The position numbers were made by a program, and so were the translations under genes. Source: an uncultured Clostridia bacterium (lineage in GTDB: Bacteria > Bacillota > Clostridia > TANB77 > CAG-508). Taken from it: DNA of 64,000 nucleotides. This document shows positions 1 through 10,279 of this stretch, in pieces. The notes beneath the pieces are model-generated. The model saw only the letters and a list, made by a program, of their open reading frames with translations. It did not search any database and was not told where the DNA came from. The stretch is from the NCBI GenBank assembly GCA_947631185.1, contig CANRKJ010000008.1, forward strand, positions 514-64,513, written 5' to 3'. Numbering within the stretch: the stretch's first letter is position 1; each line of letters opens with the position of its first letter.

Positions 1-256
1 AAAAAAACCAGTTCCAATATCTTTTAAAACTTTGTATAGTGAAAAAGAAATGGAATATAAAGATTTTTTATATACACCAAATATGAAAAGACCTATATCT
101 ATAATAGATCCAGAAACAACTGAAGAAGTTAAGCCAATATTATATTTTGATGAAGATGCAAATAATGGAGAAGGTGCGGTTAGAGGAAAATGCAAACTAA
201 AACCTTACAAAAAATATTTTGCTTTTGAGATTAGAGATGATAGGATAAACAATTAG
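1..256 (+). CDS. hypothetical protein, 5'-partial (conjugative-element remnant)
   Basis: The frame of ORF 32..256 stays open back to nt 2, so the gene probably starts left of the window. It lies directly upstream of the T4SS coupling-protein gene. No recognisable motif. Confidence 0.35.
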   Translation, partial: KKPVPISFKTLYSEKEMEYKDFLYTPNMKRPISIIDPETTEEVKPILYFDEDANNGEGAVRGKCKLKPYKKYFAFEIRDDRINN

Positions 257-284
257 TTTTATGTTTTGGAAAGGGGAATAAACT

Positions 285-725
285 ATGGGAATAGAAACTT
301 CAACTTCAAATGAAGGAAGTAATAACAAAGAAAATAGATTAAATAGATATACTGAAGCAAAGCAAAAAAATGTTTCGTGGGATGAATTAAATAAGATTAT
401 AGATAATAAGGGATTTGCTAATTTTGATATAAATAGTATGGCTGTTTCATTTAATGATAATGTAAAAATTATAGGTGGAGAGGAAAATGACGTTACAGAA
501 GCCACTTCTCATGCAACATATGAATTTGATATGAACAATATGACGACTGTTTTAGCTAATGTTAGAGAAATAAATGATAAAAATATAGCTAAAATTACGG
601 CTAGAAGAGAAAAAGAAAAAGCGAAAAGAAAAGCAAAAAGAAAAGCAGAAGCAGAAGCAGCAAAAAGCAATGTAGTTACTCCAGGATTAGAAGGCAAATT
701 AGAAGAAACAGATAATGAAAAATAA
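285..725 (+). CDS. hypothetical protein with Lys/Glu/Ala-rich C-terminus (conjugative-element remnant)
   Basis: ATG preceded by GGAAAGGGG. 146-aa ORF on the same strand as neighbours. C-terminal EKEKAKRKAKRKAEAEAAK low-complexity tail. Confidence 0.4.
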   Translation: MGIETSTSNEGSNNKENRLNRYTEAKQKNVSWDELNKIIDNKGFANFDINSMAVSFNDNVKIIGGEENDVTEATSHATYEFDMNNMTTVLANVREINDKNIAKITARREKEKAKRKAKRKAEAEAAKSNVVTPGLEGKLEETDNEK

Positions 726-757
726 TTATTTTATTTACTTAAGAAAAGGTGAAGAAT

Positions 758-2774
758 ATGAATTTTAAAGAAAAAATAAAGGCTGCCATATATAAAATTA
801 AAGTAAGACTTATTGTTGGAGCATTTCTACTTTTATCAGTTTTAATTTTTGCTGGAAGTACTTTTAGTGTAGCCATTGGAAATGGAAGATTACAAGCTGA
901 TGAATCAGGATATAACTGGACAGTTTTTTATGAAACAATTTTCAATAATACTCTAAGTCCAATTAAATCATTAAAATTATGTTTTACTCCTGATTATTTT
1001 CCTGATTTTTTAAACTTGACAGGCATATTTATATTAATATACTTTTTAGTAGCTTTGATTGGATTTTTTAAAGCTATACCTAAACATCAATATGATGATA
1101 TTGAACACGGTTCTAGTAGATGGGCTGATGGTGATGAATATGGTATACTTAGTAGAAAAGCTGGAATAATACTAGCTGAAAAACATTATTTACCAGTTGA
1201 TAAAAGAGGAAATGTTAATGTATTAGTTGTTCGGAGGTTCTGGTGCTGGTAAATCTGCATCATATGTTATCCCAAATGCTTTACAATTATTAGGTTCATA
1301 CGTTTTTACTGATCCTAAGGGAGAATTATATGATAAAACTTCAGGATATTTCAGAGCACAAGGATATGATGTTAAAGTTTTGAATTTAGTTAATCCAGAT
1401 AATAGTGATGGATATAATCCATTACACCATATTACAAGTGATGTTGATGTTGATGTTATTGCTAATACAATTGTAAAAGGGCAGGGAGATGGAGCAAAGG
1501 CAGCAGATCCTTTTTGGGATGATATGGCCGAAATGCTTTTAAAATCTCTTATATATTATTTAAAATCTAGTAGACCATTAGAAGAACAAAGCTTGGCTAG
1601 TTGTTCAGAATTAGTTAGAGCAGCTAATAATAATGGAGGAGATAACTTATTAGCAAATTTAATAAATGAATTATCTTTTGATAATCAGGCTAGAAAGAAC
1701 TTTAAAAATATTGAAACATTGCCAGATAAAACATATGGTTCCGTACTTGGAACTCTACAATCAAAATTAGGAAAATTTGATACACCAGCAATTGCAGAAC
1801 TTACATCAACAGATACAATCGATTTTCAAGAAATAGGAAGTAAAAAAACAGCAGTGTATGTTATTTCATCAGATACTCATGCTGCATATGATTTTTTACT
1901 TACAATTTTTTTCTCACAAATGATACAACAATTATATGATTTTGCTGATAAGCAAGGAGGAGCATTGCCTGTTCCAACATATTTTATTTTAGATGAGTTT
2001 GCCAATATAGGAAAGATTCCAGATTTTGATAAAAAGATTTCTACATCAAGAAGTAGAAAGATTTCATTTAGTGTTATTCTTCAAAATTTAGATCAACTAG
2101 AAGCTGTTTACGAGAAAGCACATGAAACTATTATTGGTAACTGTGATACACATTTATTTTTAGGTTCTAACTCTCAAAAAACAGTAGAATATTTTTCTAA
2201 GGCATTAGGTGAGATTACTATAGGAACGGATAATTATAATACTAATAGAGATGTTGCAGGATGGAAAACAGGAGATACTTATAGTATTAATAAATCAGCT
2301 AGAGCTCTTATGACAGCTGATGAACTAAGAAAGATGGATAATGATTTATGTATAATATTTGAAAAAGGTATAAATCCAGTTAAAGCTAAAAAATACTATT
2401 ATTTTAAATATAAGACTGCATCAGTTGTTGATAAATATATTTCTAGTCATAATGATTTACATGTAGATAGGGGTGTTTGGAGAACATTTAATCCATATAA
2501 TCCGTATGAAGAAGGTAGTGAATTATCAGGAGGTGTTTCTCAATCATTAGAATCATTAGATGATTTATTTTCAGATGATAGTTCATCTAATGATGAATCT
2601 AAAAAAGAAAAAGTAGAAATTAATAATTCTAATAATAATATACCAAAAACAATGTCAATGGGAAATAAAGGAAATTCTGAAGAAAAAAGACATGAGGAAT
2701 TGGTAGATATTCAAAAAGAATTAGAGGCAAAATTTGATGAATTATTTGGATCTTTAGATGATGACGATGAATAA
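758..2774 (+). CDS. VirD4/TraG-family type IV secretion coupling protein; reading frame broken at CGG-A (1232-1235), needs a +1 shift. Conventional annotation would call it a frameshifted pseudogene or two ORFs.
   Basis: N-terminal ORF (749..1252) has two TM segments. The second ORF (1227..2774) starts exactly at Walker A: VLVV|GGSGAGKS after removing C1232. Walker B-like YFILDEF and the usual acidic C-terminal tail are present. ATG 758 follows AAGGTGA. Confidence 0.8.
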
Positions 2775-2778
2775 AAAG

Positions 2779-2808
2779 TAGCAATTTTAAAAATTGCTAT
2801 TTTTTTTT
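2779..2808 (+). terminator. rho-independent terminator after the coupling-protein gene
   Basis: TAGCAATTTT-AA-AAATTGCTA stem followed by TTTTTTTT. Confidence 0.75.
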
Positions 2809-2847
2809 GATTAAATAATAATACGCGAACAAATATTCTTTTTCATA

Positions 2848-2876
2848 TTGACTAAAAAAGTGGTGTATGATAAAAT
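2848..2876 (+). promoter_or_regulatory. sigma-A-type promoter for the sbcD/sbcC-like operon
   Basis: TTGACT, 17-nt spacer, TAAAAT; about 35 nt upstream of the TTG start at 2911. Confidence 0.5.
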
Positions 2877-2910
2877 TTACTCAAGATTTTGCAAAAGAAG
2901 GTGAAAAGTA

Positions 2911-3990
2911 TTGAAGTTTGTGCATATTGCAGATTTGCATTTTGATTGTGAATTTTCAGGTTTTAAAAATGATGTACACTTAATTGAAAAAAGAAAATTA
3001 GAGCAAAGAGAAGCTTTTAGAAAAGTAATAGATTATATTAATGATGAATCTGTTGAATATTTATTTATTTCAGGAGATTTATATGAGAATGAACATGTAA
3101 AAAAATCAACTATAGAATTTATAAATAATTTATTTAAAAAAATTCCAAATACAAAAATATTTATATCTCCAGGAAACCATGATCCAAATATAAAAGGAAG
3201 TATTTATGACGAATTTAAATTTAATGATAATGTTAAAATATTTAAAAATTCTAAGATAGAAAAATATGAAGATGATAATATTGAAGTATATGGTGCAGGA
3301 TTTGAAGATTTCTATATGAATAAAAATTTATTAGATGAATTTGAATTAAAAGAAAGCAATAAATCCAAATTTCTTGTTATTCATGCTGATTTAAATGGCG
3401 TTTTAGATATGGGTGGGTGTTCATATAATCCAATAAATGAGCTAAAGCTAAAAACTATGGGATTTGATTATGTCGCTCTTGGACATATACATAAAACTAA
3501 TTTTAATTCGAATAATAGAATTATTTATCCAGGTTCTTTGATTTCATTAGGATTTGACGAATTAGGATGTCATGGTATGGTTGTAGGAAAATTTAGTAAG
3601 AAGAATATTGTAATTGAGTTTCAACCAATTGATGTAAGAGAGTTTGTTGAATATGAAGTTAATGTTGAGGATATGAGTTCACAAAGTGATTTAATAGATT
3701 ATTTAACTACTCTTTATTTTGAGAAAAATAAATTTTGTAAAATTGTATTAAAAGGTAAAAGAAAGTTTTTTATAAATATTAAAGATATAATGTATTTAAT
3801 AGATAATTCTAGTATTTATAGAATTAAGGATGAAACCATATTAGGATATGATTTAGAGAACTTAGCAAAAGAAAAAAATTTAAAAGGAATTTTTGTACGA
3901 AAATTATTAGAAATGAAAAACAATAGTATTTATTCAGAAGAAGAAATAGAAAAAGCTATCGAAATAGGGTTGGAAGCTATGGATAGTTAG
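2911..3990 (+). CDS. SbcD/YhaO-like DNA repair exonuclease (calcineurin-like metallophosphoesterase)
   Basis: MKFVHIADLHFD, SGDLYE, GNHD and GHIH metallophosphoesterase motifs. Paired with a downstream SMC-like ATPase. Confidence 0.8.
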   Translation: MKFVHIADLHFDCEFSGFKNDVHLIEKRKLEQREAFRKVIDYINDESVEYLFISGDLYENEHVKKSTIEFINNLFKKIPNTKIFISPGNHDPNIKGSIYDEFKFNDNVKIFKNSKIEKYEDDNIEVYGAGFEDFYMNKNLLDEFELKESNKSKFLVIHADLNGVLDMGGCSYNPINELKLKTMGFDYVALGHIHKTNFNSNNRIIYPGSLISLGFDELGCHGMVVGKFSKKNIVIEFQPIDVREFVEYEVNVEDMSSQSDLIDYLTTLYFEKNKFCKIVLKGKRKFFINIKDIMYLIDNSSIYRIKDETILGYDLENLAKEKNLKGIFVRKLLEMKNNSIYSEEEIEKAIEIGLEAMDS

Positions 3991-4001
3991 AAGGAGAAAA
4001 A

Positions 4002-5894
4002 TTGAAAATTAGAAAATTAAAAATAAATGGATTTGGAAAATTTGTAAATAAAGATATTAGTCTAAATGATGGAATAAATATAATTTATGGATTAAATGAG
4101 TCTGGAAAGTCTACTATTCAAAGATTTATTCCAGGAGTATTTTTTGGTTTATCAAAATCCAAGAATGGTAAAGAAATATCAAATTTAAACAAATATTTTC
4201 CATGGAACGGACTAGAATATTCAGGGAAAATTTCATATGTTTTAGATAATGGAGATAAATTTGAAGTTTTTAGAGATTTTAATAAAAAAAATCCTATAAT
4301 TTATAATAAAAATAAAATAGATATTTCATCTGATTTTAATATTGATAAAAATAGGGGAATTACATTTTTTGAAGACCAAACAGGTATAGATGAAAAAATA
4401 TTTCTAGAAACTGCTTTAGTAGAACAGCAAAATGTAAAATTAGATAAATTTAGCCAGACTAATATAATTCAGAAGATAACCAATATATTAGCCTCTGGAG
4501 ATGAAGCTATTTCATATAAGAAAACTATTGAAAAGATATCTAAAATGCAGAACGAAAAAGTTGGTACATCGAGAACTACTCATAAACCTATTAATATAAT
4601 AGAAAATAATATATTAAAATTGGAAGAAGAAAAGTCAGAACTTGAAAACTCAGAATTTGAGTTAGATGAAGTTAGTTCGAAAGAAATTGAAATACAAAAT
4701 ACATTAGATGAACTAAACGAAAAATTAAATTTGATAAAAGAAATGAAATTATATTTAGAATCTTCAAAACTTAAATATGCAGAATTAGATTTCAATAAAA
4801 GACTTGAAAATGAATATGATGAAAAAATACAAGATTTGCAAAGTAAAATTGATATAAGAGCTAAGCAGAATGTAAGATTACAAAAGAAAAAATATACTAT
4901 AAATTATGTATTTATATTTTTCTCTTTAATTTTAGGTATATCTTCATATTTATATTTTAATAATTTTTTAGTTACAATACCATTTATAATTTTTATATTA
5001 GTTAATTTATTATATGTATTAATAAGTAAAACAAAAAATAATAAAAAAATAAAAGAAAAATTGTTACAAATAGATGAGTTACAATATATGATTGATAAAG
5101 AAATCGAAATATTTAAGAAAAATAAAGAAAAGAAACAGTTTGAAAATAAAGTAAAAAGTGAAAGATTAAATGTTTCTATTTTAAAAAATGAAGAGAAACT
5201 TAGTGAGAAGTATCATGGAAAAGTTGATGAAACTTATATAGAGAAGATTTTTTCATTAGATGTAGAAGAATTATCAAATTTAGAATTAAACTTAATAAAT
5301 GAAATTGATAATTTAAAAATGAGTTTACATACTTTAAAACTAGAAAAAGAAAATTTAAAAGAAAAAATTAAAAAAATTCAAACTCTAAATTCAGATATAA
5401 ATATCTTGTCAAAAGAAAAAGAAGAATTAGATTCACTAAATAATTCTTTTAAATTAGCTCTTGATATTTTAGAAGAATCATATAAAGAAATGAAAGAAAA
5501 TATAAGCCCAGATTTTGCAAATAGAATGTCAAAAATGGTAAATAAAATATCTAACGGAAAATATAAAAATGTGATTTTTGATGATATAAATGGTTTATGT
5601 GTTGAGTTAGATAGTGGAAAATATTTTCCTTGTGAGCAATTAAGTATAGGTACAATAGATCAAATTTATCTTTCTCTCAGATTATCTGTTTTGGAAGAAA
5701 TAACACCAGAAACTTTACCAATAATTTTAGATGAGACTTTTGCATATTTTGATAATAATAGATTAGAAAATTTGTTAAAATTCTTATTGAGAGAGTATAA
5801 AGATAATCAAATAATAATATTTACTTGTTCTAATAGAGAAGTAGATATTTTATCCAAAATACAATATAATAACTATAATTATATTGAATTATAA
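4002..5894 (+). CDS. SbcC/YhaN-like AAA ATPase with a coiled-coil and an internal TM segment
   Basis: N-terminal IRKLKINGFGKF...NESGKST Walker A. Long K/E-rich coiled-coil. C-terminal LSIGTIDQ signature-like motif and ILDETF Walker B. Translationally coupled to the sbcD-like gene. Confidence 0.75.
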   Translation: MKIRKLKINGFGKFVNKDISLNDGINIIYGLNESGKSTIQRFIPGVFFGLSKSKNGKEISNLNKYFPWNGLEYSGKISYVLDNGDKFEVFRDFNKKNPIIYNKNKIDISSDFNIDKNRGITFFEDQTGIDEKIFLETALVEQQNVKLDKFSQTNIIQKITNILASGDEAISYKKTIEKISKMQNEKVGTSRTTHKPINIIENNILKLEEEKSELENSEFELDEVSSKEIEIQNTLDELNEKLNLIKEMKLYLESSKLKYAELDFNKRLENEYDEKIQDLQSKIDIRAKQNVRLQKKKYTINYVFIFFSLILGISSYLYFNNFLVTIPFIIFILVNLLYVLISKTKNNKKIKEKLLQIDELQYMIDKEIEIFKKNKEKKQFENKVKSERLNVSILKNEEKLSEKYHGKVDETYIEKIFSLDVEELSNLELNLINEIDNLKMSLHTLKLEKENLKEKIKKIQTLNSDINILSKEKEELDSLNNSFKLALDILEESYKEMKENISPDFANRMSKMVNKISNGKYKNVIFDDINGLCVELDSGKYFPCEQLSIGTIDQIYLSLRLSVLEEITPETLPIILDETFAYFDNNRLENLLKFLLREYKDNQIIIFTCSNREVDILSKIQYNNYNYIEL

Positions 5895-5960
5895 ATATTA
5901 ATTGAAAAAAATACAGCACAAATATATAATAAATTATATATTTATGAAAGAGGATAGTTA

Positions 5961-8252
5961 ATGAAAGAAGTATTATATAAATTATTTAGATTTATAATAA
6001 TTATTTTTATGTTGATAAACTTTATTTTTATTGCAATAGATTTCAAAAGTTTTGCGATAGAAGAAAAATCAGACAATGAATTAAATATGGATAATGATTT
6101 TTCAACTCAAAAACTAATAGTAGAAACTGATAATATTGAAGAGATTGAATCTGATGAAAATATTTTAGAAATTAAACCAGTATTTGATGATATGTTTATT
6201 GTTGAATATAAAGATGAAGAAAGTACAAAAGAAGGATATGAAGATTTATCTAATAATAATAATATAAAAGAAGTTGTTACAAATGAGAAAATTGAATTAT
6301 ATGATAATAATTTTTCAACATATTCAGTAAGTCCAAATAATACTTCTTGGGGTGTGGAAGCAACTGGACTAGATTACTATTCTGATTATATAAAATATAA
6401 AACAAATAATGAAGTATTAGTTGCAGTATTAGATACCGGAATTAGAAAAACACATGAAGCTTTTTGTGAAAAAAATATAGGAGACAGAATAGATACATCA
6501 CTATCAAAAAATTATATTACAGGTTCTAGTGATATCACTGATGTAGATGGACATGGTACTATGGTTTCTAGTATTATAGCAGAATCAACACCAAGTAATG
6601 TAAAAATTGTTCCTATAAAAGTAGTTAGTTCAGAAGGTGGATATATAAATGATATAATTGAAGCTTTAAATGATATAAAAGATAAAGTAGATATAATTAA
6701 TATGAGTTTTGGAAGAGCGGAAAATGAATTGAGTAAATCATCTAAAAATATATTTAATAATATTATATCTCAAATATATAATAATGGAAAAGGACCAATG
6801 CTTGTTTGTGCTGCAGGAAATGATAGTACAAAAGTAGCATATCCAGCTTCAAATAGTTATACAATTGCAGTTTCAAGCTTAAAAGAAAATTATGGTAGAT
6901 TAGAGTTTGCTTCAGATTTTTCAAATTATGGAAAAGAAATTGATTTTTCAGCTCCAGGTGAATTTATGAAGCTTGCTGGATATACAGGAGATTCAATATA
7001 TTATTTTGCAAGAGGAACATCTTTTTCAGCTCCTTTTGTATCTTCAGCAGCAGCTTTGATAAAGTCAGAGAATCCTAATTTTGGTTCTGATCAAATCAAA
7101 GAAATTCTTAAACAAAATGTTGATGATTTAGGTACATATGGAAAAGACAATTATTATGGATATGGAAGTATAAATTTTATAAAAAAATTTGAAAAACCTA
7201 ATATTGCCTCTTTAAAATTAATAATAGATAGTTTGAATTCTTGTAATTATGTAGATGCAAGAGCAGTTTGTGCTGATAATATAGTTAAATATGCATGTGT
7301 TTTAGCTGATAAAACTGTAACAGATAAAGATTGGATTACTATAGATAACCCCTCTACAAATGTTGAAGTAAAAGCTAAGATAGATTCTGGAGATAAAAAA
7401 ATATACAAAATATATTTCATGGATTCAGAAGGTGAAGTAAATTATGGACAAATAGATATAACAAAAATAGATTTAGATAAGGAAAATTTAAGTATTTTAG
7501 AAGATAAATCGGAACAATTAAAAGTAACAAATTTATTAAAAGATGAAGTAGATAATAAAGTTATATGGAAGAGTAGTAATTCTAATGTGGCAACAGTCTC
7601 ATCAAGTGGTGTGGTAACAGGAATTTCTGAGGGTACTGCGGTTATTACTGCAGTATATGGAAGTTCAACTGCTAAATGCACAGTAACAGTATATTGGAAT
7701 AATCCATTTAAAGATGTAAAATCTAGTGATTGGGAATATCAAGCAGTTAAATATTGCTATAAGAATGGATATGTAAAAGGATATAATGAAACGACTTTTG
7801 CTCCTAATCAACAATTAACAAGAGCAGAGATTGTAACTATATTATATAGAATAGATGGCAATAAGCCGATTTCTGGAAAGAATAATTTTTCAGATGTATC
7901 AAATAATATGTGGTATACAACCCCTATAAATTGGGCATATAATAAAGGTATTATACATGGTTATGAAGGGCAAAATAAATTCGGACCAAATGATAAGATT
8001 TTAAGGCAGGATTTAGCTGGTATACTTAGAAATTATGCAAGTTATAAAGGAAAGTCGACAAATGCATTTGGTGATTTAACTAAATTTTCTGATTATAAGA
8101 AAGTTTCTAATTATGCATTGGTGTCAATGAAATGGGCTGTAGGCTCAAAAGTAATTACTGGAAATTTAGATGGAACATTAAATCCAAAAGGAAATTCTAC
8201 AAGAGCAGAATCTATTTCTATGATTTATAAATATTTAAAAAATATTAAATGA
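5961..8252 (+). CDS. secreted subtilisin-like (S8) serine protease with a Big_2 domain and three C-terminal SLH repeats (cell-wall anchored)
   Basis: Signal/TM N-terminus. Catalytic motifs VAVLDTGI, DGHGTMV and GTSFSAP. Big_2-like VIWKSSNSNVATVSSSGVVTGISEGTAVITA. SLH-like repeats FKDV...WEYQAVKY, FSDV...WYTTPINWAY and FSDY...YALVSMKWAV. Confidence 0.85.
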   Translation: MKEVLYKLFRFIIIIFMLINFIFIAIDFKSFAIEEKSDNELNMDNDFSTQKLIVETDNIEEIESDENILEIKPVFDDMFIVEYKDEESTKEGYEDLSNNNNIKEVVTNEKIELYDNNFSTYSVSPNNTSWGVEATGLDYYSDYIKYKTNNEVLVAVLDTGIRKTHEAFCEKNIGDRIDTSLSKNYITGSSDITDVDGHGTMVSSIIAESTPSNVKIVPIKVVSSEGGYINDIIEALNDIKDKVDIINMSFGRAENELSKSSKNIFNNIISQIYNNGKGPMLVCAAGNDSTKVAYPASNSYTIAVSSLKENYGRLEFASDFSNYGKEIDFSAPGEFMKLAGYTGDSIYYFARGTSFSAPFVSSAAALIKSENPNFGSDQIKEILKQNVDDLGTYGKDNYYGYGSINFIKKFEKPNIASLKLIIDSLNSCNYVDARAVCADNIVKYACVLADKTVTDKDWITIDNPSTNVEVKAKIDSGDKKIYKIYFMDSEGEVNYGQIDITKIDLDKENLSILEDKSEQLKVTNLLKDEVDNKVIWKSSNSNVATVSSSGVVTGISEGTAVITAVYGSSTAKCTVTVYWNNPFKDVKSSDWEYQAVKYCYKNGYVKGYNETTFAPNQQLTRAEIVTILYRIDGNKPISGKNNFSDVSNNMWYTTPINWAYNKGIIHGYEGQNKFGPNDKILRQDLAGILRNYASYKGKSTNAFGDLTKFSDYKKVSNYALVSMKWAVGSKVITGNLDGTLNPKGNSTRAESISMIYKYLKNIK

Positions 8253-8256
8253 TTTT

Positions 8257-8297
8257 AAACACTTTCTAATTATTTAAATTTAGAAAGTGTTTTTTAC
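8257..8297 (+). terminator. rho-independent terminator after the S8 protease gene
   Basis: AAACACTTTCTAA / TTAGAAAGTGTTT stem followed by a T-run. Confidence 0.75.
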
Positions 8298-8311
8298 AGT
8301 TTTTTTTACAG

Positions 8312-8340
8312 TTGATATTTTTGGAAAAAAGAGGTATAAT
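8312..8340 (+). promoter_or_regulatory. sigma-A-type promoter upstream of prfA
   Basis: TTGATA, 17-nt spacer, TATAAT. Confidence 0.55.
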
Positions 8341-8404
8341 ATTAAACGTGCATAAAATTAATTTATAAAAATAAAATTTACCTTGAGGAAGGAAGGTTAT
8401 TTAT

Positions 8405-9466
8405 ATGTTTCAAAAATTAGAAGGTGTAGAGAAACGTTATGAAGAATTAAATAATTTAATTAGTGATCCTGAAATAATTGCAAAGCAAAGTGAGTGGACA
8501 AAACTAATGAAAGAACATAGTGATATTCAAGATGTGGTATTAAAATATAGAGAGTACAAAAAAGTACTAAAATCAGTAGAAGAAGCTAAAGAGATGATAT
8601 CAGATCCTGAATTAAAAGAACTTGCTGAAGTAGAGTTAGAAGAAGGAAAAGAAAAACTTCCTAAATTAGAAGAAGAATTAAAGATTCTTTTGATACCTAA
8701 AGATCCAAATGATGATAAAAATGTTATTTGTGAAATTAGAGCAGGTGCTGGTGGCGAGGAAGCTGCATTATTTGCTGGTACTTTATTTAGAATGTACTCA
8801 ATGTATGCAGAAAAAAAACATTTTAAAATAGAAGTTGTATATGAAAATGCTACAGAACTAGGTGGATATAAAGAAATTTCTTTTATGATAACAGGAAAAG
8901 GAGCTTATAGTAGATTTAAATTTGAAAGTGGAGTTCATAGAGTACAAAGGGTTCCTGACACAGAGAGTAGTGGTAGAATTCATACATCTACAGCTACTGT
9001 TGCTGTCCTTCCAGAAGTTGATGATGTTGAAATAGAAATAAATCCAGCAGATATAAAAATGGAAGTATTTAGGGCATCTGGTGCTGGTGGTCAACACATT
9101 AATAAAACTTCATCAGCAGTTAGACTTATACATGTTCCAACAGGTCTTGTTGCTGAATGTCAAACAGAAAGGTCTCAGGTTCAAAATAGAGAATATGCAA
9201 TGAGAATGCTTCGTTCTAGATTGTATGAAATAGAAAAAGAAAAACAAGATTCTGCTGTAAAAAATGAAAGAAAAACTCAAGTTGGTTCAGGTGATAGAAG
9301 TGAAAAAATTAGAACTTATAATTATCCTCAAGGTAGAATTACAGATCATAGAATAGGAATGAGTATATTTCAATTTGAAAACTTTCTTAATGGAGATTTA
9401 GATGAACTTATAGATAACTTAATTGCAACAGATAGGGCAGAAAGATTAAAAGGTGATGAGGAATAA
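8405..9466 (+). CDS. prfA: peptide chain release factor 1
   Basis: GGQ motif ([11 protein letters not shown]). RF1-type [14 protein letters not shown] region. 353 aa with a typical N-terminal helical domain. Confidence 0.95.
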   Translation: MFQKLEGVEKRYEELNNLISDPEIIAKQSEWTKLMKEHSDIQDVVLKYREYKKVLKSVEEAKEMISDPELKELAEVELEEGKEKLPKLEEELKILLIPKDPNDDKNVICEIRAGAGGEEAALFAGTLFRMYSMYAEKKHFKIEVVYENATELGGYKEISFMITGKGAYSRFKFESGVHRVQRVPDTESSGRIHTSTATVAVLPEVDDVEIEINPADIKMEVFRASGAGGQHINKTSSAVRLIHVPTGLVAECQTERSQVQNREYAMRMLRSRLYEIEKEKQDSAVKNERKTQVGSGDRSEKIRTYNYPQGRITDHRIGMSIFQFENFLNGDLDELIDNLIATDRAERLKGDEE

Positions 9467-9475
9467 AAATTCAAG

Positions 9476-9519
9476 AACCTCATATAAATTATTTAGAATA
9501 ATTTATATGAGGTTTTTTG
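9476..9519 (+). terminator. rho-independent terminator of prfA
   Basis: Perfect 17-bp stem AACCTCATATAAATTAT / ATAATTTATATGAGGTT, 5-nt loop, then TTTTTT. Confidence 0.85.
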
Positions 9520-9521
9520 TT

Positions 9522-10253
9522 TTGGAAAATTTATTTAATATAACAGGTTTAGGTATGATTTTTGGAATGATAGGAACAACTTTAGGAGGAATTGTTGGTG
9601 CAAACATAAAATTTAAAACTAATAAAGTTGTGGGATTTGTTTTAGAATTTGCAGCTGGACTTATGACTGCTGTTGTATGTTTTGATTTAATTCCAGAAGC
9701 TTTAATTTTAGGTAGTTTGAATATTGTTTTAATAGGAATATTTTTAGGAATAATAGGCATGATATTTTGTGAAAATGTTGTAAATGATGTTACTGAAAGA
9801 AAGAAAAATTCAAATAGCATAATGAAAACAGGTATAATAATAGGGATTGGACTGGCAATTCATAATTTTCCAGAAGGTCTTGCAATAGGCTCAGGATTTG
9901 AAGTATCTGAAAGGCTTGGATTATCTTTAGCAATAGCAATAGCAATACATGATTTTCCAGAAGGAATTTCTATTGCACTTCCTATGAGAAAAGGAGGTAT
10001 GAAAAAAGAAAAAGCAATTTTTTTAACTGCAATGTCTGGTTTAACAACAGGAATTGGTGCATTTTTTGGAGCGATAATAGGGAGTATATCATCATTTTGG
10101 ATTTCAATATCTTTGGCATTTGCCGCAGGAACAATGCTTTATATTGTATCATGTGAACTTATTCCAGAATCTAATAAACTTTATAAAGGAAAATTTGCTT
10201 CTTTTGGAAATATTGTAGGAATAATAATTGGAATATTAGCAAAAATCATATAA
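9522..10253 (+). CDS. ZIP-family (ZupT-like) divalent metal transporter; start uncertain (TTG 9522 or ATG 9555)
   Basis: Multi-TM protein with HNFPEGLAIG and HDFPEGISIA ZIP motifs. The first 60-70 nt of tracked ORF 9453.. overlap prfA and its terminator, so the true start must lie downstream. Confidence 0.8.
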   Translation: MENLFNITGLGMIFGMIGTTLGGIVGANIKFKTNKVVGFVLEFAAGLMTAVVCFDLIPEALILGSLNIVLIGIFLGIIGMIFCENVVNDVTERKKNSNSIMKTGIIIGIGLAIHNFPEGLAIGSGFEVSERLGLSLAIAIAIHDFPEGISIALPMRKGGMKKEKAIFLTAMSGLTTGIGAFFGAIIGSISSFWISISLAFAAGTMLYIVSCELIPESNKLYKGKFASFGNIVGIIIGILAKII

Positions 10254-10279
10254 AAAAACTAGCTATTTGCTAGTTTTTT
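10254..10279. terminator. bidirectional terminator between convergent genes
   Basis: AAAAACTAGC-tattt-GCTAGTTTTT hairpin with A- and T-runs on both sides. Confidence 0.6.

Larger units (their letters stand above)
1..2808 (+). mobile_element. right-hand end of a conjugative element (ICE or plasmid-derived) remnant; the boundary near 2.8 kb is approximate
   Basis: T4SS coupling-protein gene plus two small element-type ORFs, followed by a strong terminator and then housekeeping genes. Confidence 0.45.

Noticed and set aside
197-697. Minus-strand ORFs 197..505 and 509..697. Other short antisense ORFs in the track are of the same kind: 4580..4795, 7442..7681, 8858..9097, 9503..9820, 10492..10674, 19093..19275, 20519..20704, 22707..22934, 28566..28832, 31498..31698, 34280..34474, 35952..36167, 36404..36601, 39511..39756, 41574..41792, 44889..45089, 45471..45668, 45969..46175, 46181..46426, 48697..48981, 51237..51422, 56597..56866, 57289..57486, 58334..58567, 58685..58936, 59167..59367, 59528..59830, 59972..60166, 61287..61499.
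   Set aside because: All are embedded antisense or out of frame within longer motif-bearing or RBS-preceded genes, which is typical of AT-rich six-frame noise.
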